Below are positions 1 through 13,600 of a stretch of 64,000 bases of DNA, piece after piece. Position 1 is the stretch's first letter. Every line of letters begins with the position of its first letter. Source of the stretch: Bugula neritina (lineage: Eukaryota > Animalia > Bryozoa). The notes below the pieces were generated by a model. The model was not told the origin of the DNA. It saw only the letters and a list, made by a program, of their open reading frames with translations, and did no database searches. The position numbers and the translations under genes are program-made. The stretch spans positions 24,358,126-24,422,125 of the forward strand of contig OZ037766.1 of NCBI GenBank assembly GCA_964035545.1. The letters are read 5' to 3'.

Positions 1-1691
1 CAGATTTTGTAATAGGAAGAACACAAATCAGGTAAAAAATTTTTTATTTTGAATTGTGTACTTGAACTCAACTTATTTATGATTTCAACTGCCAATAATT
101 GCTATGACATCTTGTAATACTAAATAGCCCAATCATATAAGTGATTAAGTACATAAATTAGCTTATTCATAAAATTAGTTTAGTAAATCAGAAAGACCAT
201 ATGAAATTAATGAGAAATTAAATAGTAGTTTATCAAACCTAAGTGTATGCCAAGTTAAAATGTCAACTATTAATTATAAGCTTTTATGGAGTATTGTTAT
301 ATTATAGTTACCTCAAGTTCATCAATCTATTGTACATATACAATGCTGTGTTTTTAAAAATTTACTAATCAAATAAATTAAAATTACATGTAGCAAAGTC
401 ACATAATCATAATAATATTACATTATATTGATGGTCAGGAGAAAAAGAGTGGATCTAAAATATTTTGTACATCATTTCAGGTATCTCTGGAGGTTATAAA
501 ATATTGACTGGCCATCTTTTAGTAGTGACTGGTATTTATCTGAAACTACAGTAACATGATATACAATAAAATATTTAAATTAAATTTGTTATGTATTTAT
601 ATACTTTACATACCCCATATAGATACTATACATATACAAATATTACACATATAAATATCAATTAATACTACATATATAAACTCCACTCACTGCAATAAAA
701 TACATAGAAGGAATCAGAAAACAAACACATTTTTAAACTGAAGCTGTCCAGTATACAATTGTTTGAAATAACAGATATAACTTGTCATAAAATGAAAGCA
801 AATATCCACAGATGTTTATATTGCATGTATTTAGATTATGTTGATTTTCTGTAAATTATCAATTAATTACTAGACAGATAAACCTTTTAGAAGACGCCAG
901 TGTATTAATTGTATTTTTGTAATGGACTTTTAAAAGAAGACAAAATTCTCATTTAATTGTTCTCAAAATTAATATTTGCTAAACTTTCAATGCTTGTTTT
1001 ATACTGAATTTAACTTATCAAAACAATATGTAATTAAATTTATGCAGCAGTTAGAAGTAACTTATTTTGAGTCTACAAAGTTAGGCTGTGTTAACTGCTA
1101 AAAGAAATTAAAAATTGATAATCATGTCTGTTCTAGAATTTTTAACACTTTATAATTTATTAGCTTGCGTACTTACATGTAGCAACATTCTCTTTACTTG
1201 CTACCTCAGAGAGCCTTTTGAAACATTTCAAATATATCATATTTGTTATTGTTATTATTATGGTATTATGGAAATTATTAATCTCATTCATGATAATAAT
1301 ATTATTATGCTGCATTAGGAAACACTCATAATTGGTAGTTGTCGTCTTTTTATTTTCTTAATAAGCAAAATGGAATCGATGAATGGTATTTTAGTTTTAG
1401 TTTACAGTCTGGGACAATGGTCTGCGATTTCAGGTTACTTGTTAATGTCCGTATGATTGTTTTTGATTGAAATTATTGCTTTAGTTTATTTGCAATATAA
1501 ATAACATTACTAAAATGTATTCCAATTTTTGTGAAAAAGATATTTATTTACTGCATAAGCAACTTGCCTGCAAATTTAGTGTATAATTCAAGTACACCCC
1601 TAATATTATAAATTATTTTAATAAATTCAACGACTGCTGGCGTTAGTGAGCATATTTTTCACATTTTTCATATTTTTAGAGGTTGGTGACG

Positions 1692-4600
1692 ATGGCAGAC
1701 CAAGTTTCAGAGAACCAAAGTCAAAATGCTTCAACTTCTGGAATAACAGCAGAAACTCCTGCCAGCAATAACCCTTTATCTCGAAAATTGAAAAAAGTCT
1801 TAGACACTCGGCTAGATAATGATAAGGTATACTAGACTCAAAGTGAAAGTGAAAGTGTTGTAGTTTTCATTTTTGTTCTAACTATTACATTTACTATGCA
1901 TTTTCATTTTTATTTTGATCTTTATTTTAAATTTATTTTGTATTTTCATTGTTTGTTTTAAATTCAAATTGTTATTAAAAATTTGGGTTTAAACTTGAAT
2001 TAATAATTAAATTAATGTTGAATTTTAAATTGAAATTAAATTGAATTGAAAATTATTATAATCATATAATAATAATGGTTGTGTTACACTTACACTAAAA
2101 GTGGTTTTTGCAGGTGTAATAAAATAAAATTAAATATAACTTACCATCGACACCGTCCCACTATCACTCTGACTATTGCTATGACTAAGATTAGGTTACA
2201 GTAGGTAGGCCCCAGAACCAAGATGTGAGCTGATTCTACCAGTAATAGTACTACTGTCAGGATCAGCCCATACCTTGGTCAGACGCCCCATTAGTACTAC
2301 TGGTAACACTAATAGTAGGGCTATCTACTTGTGTGAGCAATACTTGTATTAGTATATTTAGTATACTGATACAAGTATCAGTATACTAAATCTTAATCTT
2401 CATCATTCAATTAGAATATTATACCATTGACTTGTAAAATTCTGACATTCTTGAGTTTGCATTTCGTTCTGACTCAGGTCAATAAGAGTTGGTAACTTAT
2501 TAGCAGTAATGCCAACTGACTTCAGTTGTAATCATGACTTTTAATCCTTCATTTACACTGCTCTCAATATGAGTGCAATGCAGTGGTCATTTTATGAGTT
2601 AATATATAGCAGTAATGCTAGAGTTCTTGCTTAAAATGTATGCCACCAATGTGAATATAATTAAAACTTAGTGGCAGTTTGAGATAATCTTACTCTAAAA
2701 TTTAATTTCACATTTATAAACTCTAAACTATATATTGTTTTCATTTTTGAGTCAGTCTATGCCTTATGGGTTAGGTTAGATTGTGATTGAGTAGGTAAAT
2801 GGAAAGTTGCTTTTAGTTGCAAATGAACAGCTGGTGTTATATAGGCTACTTATTCTAAAGCACTCGTAATAGATGCACATTAGTAAAGTTTCAAAATTTG
2901 TGTATTTTGTTCATTATTTTAGCCTAAAATCACAGTAGTAAAGCTGTTTTTTGCATTCCAGTAACTACTGCCTTGGCAGTAGTAATCAGATGAGTTCAAC
3001 TAAACTTAATATTTTAATGAATTTTTTGTCATACTGCTTGCTACTCACAGTCATATTTGTTCTCATATTTTATTTTTAAGGACACATTGGAAGCTTTAAA
3101 GGCTCTGTCTACATTTTTCACAGAAAACACTCTACGTAGTAGACGAAATTTGCGAAGTGATATTGAAAAGCGAAGTTTGGTTATAAATGAAGAATTTTTA
3201 TCTTCATTCCGAAAAGTCAAGGACGTAAGTCGATCTATTATTTATTTATTTCTAAATTAAAAATTATATAAAAACTTTTGGCGCAAAAACTTTTTTATGA
3301 TATATTTGCATATGGTATATTCACATGACACTTTACATTAGACTTGGTTTTGAATAATATAATAATTTAATAGCTGATTAAAATAGTGGGTCTCGCATTT
3401 TCTCTAAGTAATTCAAATGCTTTTTTGTGATAAGTAATTTGATTTATAATCAATTACTTTGCTAAAATGTTTTAAGTTTAGTTGATGTATAAGCAACTCA
3501 TGTGAATCTTTTAAAAGATTTGTCATACATAAATCATAATATTTTGCTTATCTGCTGCATATAACTACATGGCAAGCATTGTGTAATTATTACTACATCA
3601 TTTTGCATTGTATCTGTTTGTGTAAGTGACAATGTATGATATTTACAAGTTAATCTTTATGCTGCCAATGTGTAGCAACTAGACTCAGTGTACGAGGATG
3701 TGAGGGCAATGAATGACTGCTGCCAGGATATGACAGACCGACTCAAGACGTCTCAATCTCAGACTAGGGACCTGATTAACCAGACTACACAGTTACAGGC
3801 AGAGAGGTGCGCTCCCTTCTATCTCTTAGCTATTTATTTATGTATCATAGTGTTTGTAAACATGTGGTGTATATAATGACCTTTGATTTCATTCGTTGTT
3901 TAACTATTTTTGTTTGATAAAAATGTTAATATAAAATTTTTTATGAAAGCAATTATATTTTCATAAACAGCATTCTTGCCTTCAGCTAAATATGCGAGTC
4001 AATCTTGCTAAAGTATCAGTTGTGCCAAGCACATTTTTTGCACCTGCTGAGTCATTTATTATTGAAGAAATTTTCTGAATACTTAATAACCCCATTCCAA
4101 GACACATGCATACTGCTTTTGTTGTCATAGCTTATCTCGTACTTTGCTTTCTGTGGCAGTTCGAAGCTTCATCTGCGAATGAAAGTGGCGAATGCATTCC
4201 TTACAAAGTTCCAACTGACAGAAGCTGAGATAAGAGCTCTGAAAGGAGGAAGAGATTCCCACTCTATTGGCAAGGTACTCACACTAATGTTTGGCTCTCC
4301 ACTATTATACCATGAGTTTTTCCTGAAAAATAGAAGTTGTCTTTTCACAGCTTTACTTTGTACATCACATGTTGGGTTTAATTATTGGGAGTTATTCTCT
4401 CTTATAGATAAGCATAAGTGTGACATGTGTGAATAGTGTTTTATAGATTTATAGATTTTTTCGAGAGAGGCAAGCAAGTTTAATAGTGTGTTGAAAAACA
4501 CAATGAATTATTTCAGTTTAAGAGATGTTCTAATAAAAAGGAGTTTTAACATTTTAGGGATTTGAGTTTAAGATAGTCATAGTGTCTACCATAGTGTTAG

Positions 4601-7600
4601 GGTAAAATACTTTGCGATTCAGTCGAGTTGTTTTAATAGATTTATATAATTGATCGCTTGAATTTTGGTAGTAGCAGTATAGAGTTAGTAGATGTTTTTG
4701 AACTGCTCATGAAGTGAGCGAAATCCAACAGAATTAGGCTATTTAATTATGTGATCTTATTTTTATGGTAATGAATTTGTTTTTACTAGTTATTTTCTAT
4801 CTCAAGTGTTACAAGATGTAGTTTTACTTCAGTTTAAATTAGTTCCAAAAACTTTTGTTATCTTCTCATAATTATAATCTTTCTATTGCTGATTTTTCTC
4901 TTATATAAGGAGTTTTCTTCCCAATAATTTTTGGAGTAGCTTTTATTCACTTTTTTCTCTTAGTTGTGTATTTTATCAGTTGGTCAAATATGAGGTTATT
5001 TCTGGCCTGTGATTTGTAACATTTCTTATTACTTTGATCGTTCTAAGGAGTCATCTCCCATGAGAATGCTTTTCAATAACTTTTCATATGTGCTATGTGC
5101 ATGTTTTGTTAGCTTTGATATTTGATAGAAACTTTAAGTTGCCATCTGCTCTTGTACACCACTAAGCTACAACCCCCCCCCCCCCCCCCATACATGAGCG
5201 ATGGTCTCTAGTAATAACTGCTTGTCTGCTACAGTTAGTGTGTAAAGAGCTTCTAATATTTCTCAACATCTGAAATTCGTAACCTTTTAGTGTATTTTGA
5301 GTCTGCATTAGCTTTTGATTTCCTCTAGTACTTACTCTTACACTTACTTTAAATAGGGCTCCCTCCCCCAAGACTAGCTACTAACAGGAAAACATCTGAA
5401 CAATACTGCACATTACTCATAACTTTTGAAAATTCTAGACTGTTTCTAGATCGCCGAACACGGAAAGGAATAAAATGCCAAGAATAGCATGCTCTATTTT
5501 AAAAGACTAATTACATCAAATTGCAAAGTAATTTAATATGCAATATGATCATACAAATATCTTCATTATACAATATCATGTAGAAAAATAAATTAACAGT
5601 TGATAATATTGTTTACATAACCTAATGAGAAAATGGACATTGCAGGTAAAGGGCAATAGTGTACTGTTGCAAAGGTTGTAGGCAAATGTTAAAATCAATA
5701 AATTCTCAAGTATTTACAGTAGAAATAAGTAAAGTATATCATTGAATGTTGTTCCTTTATACACTAGCATGTAGACTGGTTCTGGCGCTAAAAGTATAAA
5801 TATATACACAGTAACCGTCAGTCACGGCCACCCTGGCACCATTTAGAGACATGCTTGTCGGGCTACTGCTGCACCACTTGATTTCTCTTCTCTCTATAGC
5901 CTTTCCCGTTCTCATATCCCTCAGCTCTATGCCTTCATTCAATAACACCGCAAACACAGGGTAGTCTGGCATGGTGGTAAGTGTATGGTTGGCCAAGGAA
6001 ATTATGCCCTTTACTTTATGGCTCCACTTGAAGTTGAGAGAGTTGGTGGTCGTCTTCTTGTAGCACTTTAGTTGGCCATCACCCGCATCATACACCACAA
6101 ATTGCTCGTTTGTTGGTGAAACTGAAAATATTTTGTTTATTCTATTAGTTACCAGGAATTATATGATTACTTATATGTGTTTAATATATATATGTATTGT
6201 GTATGTACTAGTGTAGGTGTATTAAGCTAGCATATTGACTGTTGTAAAACTATGTAGTAAGAAATTAGCTGTTATTGTTGTATGAGCTTACAAATGGTTA
6301 ATATAGAAATGTTTTCTTTGGTATAAGGAAACTGTAGTTTGCATGTAATTTTTAGTCTATGGCTACCAGATGTTTAAATTCTATAATTAACAAAGAGGTT
6401 GTGGCTGACTGAAACTTTTTGGGCAGATTTTTATAGCAATCAGTTACATTTGTTCCATCATCAGGCCATGAATTGCACTTTATACTCCTTGGATAATGGA
6501 ATTCTCCAAAGTCCAGTTTAAAAGTACATGTAATATATTTGATACAAGTGTGGTAATAGTCATTCCCATAATCCTATGCATAGTCTGTTTTTTAGCATTT
6601 TCTCAGTGGTACTTTTTTCATTTTTATATTATTGGGCAATTTGGTTAAGTTAATACAAAGGTTAATGATAATGTGAAGTACTGTCAAATAAAGTTCATCT
6701 TACACCATAGAGCATGTGTCAACACACCATAGCTGTGTTGACACATGCTCTAACAAATAGTATAATAAATAGTAGAAGTGTAGGGTTCAGTTTTCTAATC
6801 ACTGGTAGGTTGTTTAGCTGTAACTGTATTCATAGAATATTCTTATAGTGCTGACATTCTGCATTAGATAAAACTCATACTGATAATTCCCTTGTCTCTT
6901 TTCATGGAATATGTGGTCATGATTTTAGATGAACTATCAATTATCAAATTCCTTTCAAGTTTGCTCATTCAATTAAACTAATAACCTATAATTATTTGAA
7001 GCATAAAACATGTTTTTATCAGTTGATCAATGCATAATAAGCTGGTTTCACTGAAATTGAAAAAAGATTGAATCTTACCAATTGCCATTTTTGGTTTGAT
7101 GAGTCTGCCAGAAGATCTAGCAGTTGTATGCACTTTTGGAGTGTCAGATAAGTTACTCATCGGTACAGTGATGACACAGGGCTGTGCGTGATTTCTGTAG
7201 CTTCCTGTATCCACTATAGTCAGTAAGTTTGAACTCACTGCTACTGAACACTCCTGCCCTAGTCCTATCAAAAGGATATTTTTGCATAAATTTAGGTGAT
7301 TTAATGTTTATATAAAACCGATGGTTTAAATAATCAGTTAATTTAAAATAAAACATAAGCTATTTGTAAAATCGTAAAACCGTCAATGGATCAGCTTTCA
7401 TCAATGGATATCTGTGAAAACTTTACTAAAACTAAGAAAAATATTATTAGCCACATGGGAGCAAACTATAAACAAGTGTAGTAGTTGGCTAGTAGTAGTT
7501 GAAAAATTAAAACAAAGAAATTTTTAAGCATAGCGACATATTCTCACTGAAAGATAATTCCATCAGCCTGTTTCAATTCAAGTTAGCTTTACCCCCATGC

Positions 7601-10600
7601 TATACATACTTCACTGTGCAATAGATTAGGAGACCAACCTGCTTGTATCACTGCAGCCGTACTTCCATCAAGATTCAAGACTAAAACATGCCAACTGCAA
7701 AACCGATTTGACTCATATTGTAGTTTTTCTAAGTTTTTAGCAGCAAATATGAGATCATGAGAGGCAGCGAGTGATTGTACGTTTGTGTGCTCTGAAAACA
7801 GAAAAAAAATGTGATGATGCAATGAAAAGATTAGCCATTTTCAGCAGCAATCTTACTTTGAAGTTGGTTACTTTTGTAGAAAAGCAAACAAAAAAATAGT
7901 TTAATGGTACTGCAAGACAAAATGTGCTAAAGAATCACTGTTACTCCAACTCATCTAACTACCACCAGTTGTACTACAATCTCGCCATCGTCTATTCTAA
8001 TCATACTACCACCAGTTGTACTACAATCTCGCCATCGTCTATTCTGTCTATTTTTTTTGGTGGTATACAATGAGCTGTTAACTGCTGATGTTTTGTATTA
8101 CAATTTAGGAAACCAAGTGTTTTCAGGAAGAGATGCTCAGACCTTTATCTAATGCTGTTAAATGGGTTTACTACTGAGCAAATGGAAACTACACAGTCTA
8201 AAGCAATAAATGTTTTTCAATACTTCAGATATATCTACATTTATAACTATGTAGCATTGGAAATTTTATGAAGCTCAAATTCCCAGAAAAACCTTATTTT
8301 TGGACACAAATTTTTTGCCTCTAATACTGAAAGAGAATATATCAAGTCTATGGTGGTGTGGACAGTGCACACAGTCCTACACCTTGAGGGTGTGTAAGTT
8401 TCTCTGACTCACCTTGTGTCCAAAGGATACCACCAGTGGAGATTCTGTAGCAGTAGATTGCTGAGCCTGTACTAACACACACCTCGTCCTCATTGACTAG
8501 CACCATCGATAACACCTGCTTGTAAAACAACTTGCTGCCGATTTTTAATTCGCCGGTTTTTACGACTACAGAGCGTCTGTCTTCCAGACATGCTGGGACG
8601 GTGTCTCTGGTAGCTTCATGGACTTTGGGTTTGCCGCTATTTGTTACCAGTGTTGTGGTAACATCGCTGTCGTTTGATAAAGTCATCATATCAGTTTCAT
8701 TTGCTTGGAGGGTCACTGTGTCACCACCTAGACTCAGTCGTCGTCTGAATGCTCTAGCTAGAGATTGCAGTCTCTGGTTGATGGGAAGCTGATGAATTAC
8801 TACTGAGTTGTGTTGGGCTCTGCATGATGGACAGGACAAGCTTCTGGCTGCTGATCTCTGCCATGGACAAAAACAAAATATTGTTTTAAAGAATGTAAAT
8901 AATTCTTTTGTTCAGTGTAATGATATAAATAATGCAAATAACAAACTAATATTATTACTTCATCCTGAGGGAACCACTACAGCAGTGTTTCTGTTATTAA
9001 ATGCTTTTAGTAGAATGGATTCAAATATTAAAAGCATTTCTTGAGGACCAACGTGCTACTCTGCATTTCAGAAATTTTACTTGTAGCCTTTTAAATCATA
9101 GCCTAACGTTTTGTATCATCATCTTTACCATCAACTTGGGTGAATAATAACAATACAGCAAAATATACAGATTCTGAGTGAACTTTGAAATGAGACATAA
9201 CCCAGCAACCTTAGCTGCTCCAGCTACTGTTCTATGTTTATGCTATAAGTATTATAACTCGTTGTTTGCCAAAAGAGTGTGTATTTTTGAAATGGTTGGC
9301 TACCTGCATAATTTAACAAAACCTGAATATTACTTGAACTGAACTCAATAAACCGCCAGTACGCTACCATTTAGCCAAGTCAGGAATTTTTGCTGGTAGT
9401 CTGCTTTTGCTCCACTGTTTAATCTAAAGTTTATTTCTACGATTTCACAGTAATTTTTTAAAACTGACAAATTTATATAAAGCTATCCTATAATGGCATT
9501 CTAATTCAGTTGTATGATGAAATTATAAGCTGTTGCATTATGGGATGATCAAGTGAAAATCAAAATGCGTTGCTCATCTAAATATTACAAAAATCTTCTC
9601 TTGAATCCTATAATTTATTTGGAGCTGTTTAGGATAATAATGGTGTATTTCATCAATTGGGCAGATAATCCTCTTATGAGTAGAAGTTATCTTCTTGTTA
9701 CATAGGTTCGGTGTGGTTTTATTATATTTTGGTTCTTTCTTCATTTACTGTGGTTCCATTGTTTCCATTATTTGAATGGATACTCCTATACGGATGAGTT
9801 TGTAGTAGCGTTTTTTGCATGAACTTTTGGAAGCTTAGAAACTAGTGAATATCTAGTCTAATGAATATAGTAACTTTACCAGTGTTCATAGGTTGTGGTA
9901 TTATAGCGCCTTTTTCTTATGGCCCGATACTCATCAACATTGCCTGCGATTATATTATATATAATATATAATATTTTTAGGTTTTGTTTTATAAATTAAT
10001 AACTGTTATGCATAGACTATAAAGTCATTGAACTATAATGCAGATGCCACTGTGTTACTTTGTATTATAATGCTGGTGCTTTTATGATATTTATAGTCTA
10101 TTAATGCTATGCGTTTGTTATACATGTGCAAAAGTCACTTGTGTATAGAAACAGTAAAGCTTATATATTTATATGTTTATGTGAGCTTGCTTCATTGTGA
10201 GAAACAGTGCAATGTTTTTATATGATCAGTGCTTTGAAAATCTACAAATACTGTGATTATTGCTAATTTAGAGTCTAAAAATACCTATTTGGATCTAGAA
10301 ACATCTAATTTCTTGCTTATTGGTCAACTTAATTTAATTTTGCAAATATACTCATATAAGCATAATATATTGAAAATTAATACACAAGATAAATGTGTCT
10401 AGAACAGCTTTTTAGAGAACTTTGAGTTATTAAATAAATGTAGTAAGTTTTAACTAGGCTAAGATAAATAAATATATGGAAGTATTTTATCAACAGCAAT
10501 ATATTATACAATATAATTGATGTGATGAAATTTGGTAAGAATGGTGATGTGTATATTGCATACTAGGAAGTTTATAATGGTGTATTTTTTTTTATTCATG

Positions 10601-13600
10601 ATAGCAATTTGATAAGTTTTCTACATAATTATTATGCCATCAAGATGTAGATTATACTTGTTTCTTCTAGCAGTTTCACAAACATAATAATCTGCAGTCC
10701 TTAGTCATAAAAGGTCCAAATACCATGAAAAGCCTTATCTTTCCTTACAAACTATTGAACTGTTGAATTACAGTGCTTCCTCTATTGCTTACAGATCTCA
10801 TAGGTCATGAGAAGGGCTCGAACCCGATTTGTGGTTTATGTATGTGTGTATAAGGACAAAATGGCGGAATTTAATGGATCCTTGAATTAAATCTAGTATT
10901 TTACCATGTCACAAATTGAGGCTTTGGGGCGTAGCTTAGTGAGATACAGAGGGAGCACTGTATATCTATTCACACTCTAGACTCTAAAGAATTTAAATTC
11001 TCTCACTAACAACCAGCACATTTCACCAGATTTTCTACATTCAGCTTATAACCGCTGCCAGTCAGCACAAAATTGTCAGGTTATCTGGAATAAACTGCCT
11101 GCTGCCCCTAACAAATTAAACTTCTTCACAAGTTTACAATCAACAGGTCAATAGTAAAACTCTTAAAGAGCTAAAATACGGCAAAATTTCTATCAGGTTA
11201 ATAAAAATAGAGCTTCAATTAATTAGTTATTTTTACAGCCTTTTTGGCCTTAACAAAACAGGTTTAAGTCAGTAAAAGTCTTAGATTTTTTGTCTATTCA
11301 GTTTGTGAAATAACATATCTGTAAAGTGAGTGGCTTTACCTGAACGATGGTCTGTATGCATTGACTGCAGAAAGAGTGGCCACATGGCATAGTCTTAGCT
11401 TCATAGAATACTTCTAAACAAACAGGGCATGTGAGATCCACCCGAGAACTCGGCTCCAGTAGCTCAAAACAGAAGCTGTCTCCTTTGACTTCCATTATGT
11501 CACCTTCACAGTCTAGTATGTTTTTTTCTAAAACAATGAACATTATGTTTTAGCTCAGCTGTAACATAATATAATTTACTATGTGCTAAATATTTTTTAA
11601 AGTAAATGATTATAAACTGGAATTGTTTAGATGACACTATATTTTAAAGCAAAGTAAGGGAAATGAGCATTCAGAGATGTAATATTTTAAATTTGTACTA
11701 TTTATGAAGTCTATATTAATTTTAAACTTGATTGGAATGTAGAACTTATAGAAAGTCCAGACTCTGTTGTTGGTTTAATAGAAATGTAAGTTTATGAGGC
11801 GTGCTGTCATTGGATATAAATTACTAATAGCAATCATTAAAAAGTATACAAATATAACAGAATATATTATTTTTTAAAAAATAGTGAGCAAAAGTCCAAT
11901 GAAAAAACTGTTAATAAATTACCAATAGTAATAATCAAAGTATATATACAAATATAACATTTTATAAATGTAAAACACCATTTTTTTTAAAACTTAAGCA
12001 ATTTTTCATTAGATTTTTGGCATCACAAAAGCTGGTAATATTAAAATTAGATAAATATGGGAATAATAACAGTAATTGTATCTTAATCTAATCACAAAAA
12101 GCTTCATATTTACATAATTTTTCTCTCTAGATAGAATGATTTACATCAAAGATTGATAAATGATATTTTGTATGATATAATTCATAGAATGTTTCTCAAG
12201 TTAACAATAAAAAAGTCTTATATAGATATAAAGTTTTCTATTTTAATTTTATGTAGAAAAATTATTTAGAATTTGAAAATTAGTACTATAATAGTCAAGT
12301 TTTAATAGTAAGGTGATACAACTTTGCATTTACTCACTTTGATTTTATATCTTCGACAGTTCCTTTTTCAATTTCTTTCAAACGAGAAGCATTTACTGTA
12401 ATCAAAGATACTTGTGCTTGGTCTGTTGAAGTAAGAGCTAATGATAATTAGTCAACTCACCACTCATTTAAAGGCCCTTTCCACTTGGTATTTCTATTCA
12501 AAGAGAAAACAGCTGTTCACTTCTTCCTTATCAAATTTTTCCTGTTGTTTAGTGTGTTTGGTGTTTAGTGTGCTTATGAAATAGTGAAATAATTAAAAAA
12601 CAATACAGTTGTTGATCAACTCTGCTGTAATTGGATAATATCTCCTAATTGGCCAGTGCTTGTGGTATATGACACATTCTTAATGTATATTGACTGGTTT
12701 GTTTATTTATACTTTAGTATTTAGTGGTATTGATTGTAGCACTTACTAAAAATCTAGTGAATAATTTGAATTTTGACAATTCATTATATTCTATTCTACA
12801 ATTTACAACGCTCTATAACAAAACACTCGCGTTCCAGGACCTTCTACTTCAAGAACTCTAAAAAATTAAAAATTGGGCAATCGTTAAATAAACCATTACT
12901 TTCAAATACTAATTAATAGTCTAAATTCTAAGGCATTGTGTTTTACGCGTTATGTGGTATTGTGAATATAGTATCTAATGCGGTATAGTATGAATAAAGT
13001 ACAAAACATATCTTGTATATAAATACACATGATTACACACAACTATACACATACCTGTATCTAAACACTGTATTGAAAATATGGTACAAGACTTACCTTG
13101 TATATTAATACATGTACACGGCTATACTAACACCTATGCATGCAGTTACTATCTCTTTAACATTTACTCATACATCCTTCCAATATCTGTAGCCATCTTC
13201 TCTCATACTATTTATATTGGCACGGGACAAGTGGATTTATTCACATCTACCCCCCTTCTCCACCACTACATTGACATGTCAGTACATACAACCTATATTA
13301 GGTGACTAGTCAATATTCCGAAGGCCCATTAGTCCGAAGGTCCATTAGTCCGAAGGTCCATTAGTCCGAAGGTCCATTAGTCCGAAGGTCCATTAGTCCG
13401 AAAATTAGTACACTTGATAGTAAATAGCATCCTCACTGAGAATATCATTGATTTCACTCACAATCTAGTTTAAGTTCTTGCTTTGTTAAAGCTGTATGTG
13501 GGTGGCATGCGTGTTGCCTACTTGTGATTGTTTAGCCTGAGATTACACTATGACCAGAAAACAGCTGCATCATCTATCAACATTCCATTGCGGCTGCTTT

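Noticed and set aside
312-1320. Possible divergent minus-strand gene (donor near 1175 and a 15-nt IDELE micro-exon at 326-312)
   Set aside because: The acceptor is weak, there is no recognisable protein, and it cannot be distinguished from chance.
10795-10960. tRNA-like fragments (GGGCTCGAACCCG; GGGGCGTAGCTTAGTG)
   Set aside because: They lie in incompatible orientation and spacing, with no cloverleaf or TSD. At most these are SINE debris.
12338-12467. Possible extra coding exon(s) upstream of the RING gene, including a 23-nt GT-AG segment
   Set aside because: The open frame is out of phase with the 11512 acceptor and 23 nt is too short for an animal intron. It is more likely 5' UTR.
13317-13402. 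Regular short repeats resembling a CRISPR array or iterons
   Set aside because: Units are head-to-tail with no unique spacers, the context is a eukaryotic intron, and no cas genes are present. The same holds for all other arrays here.
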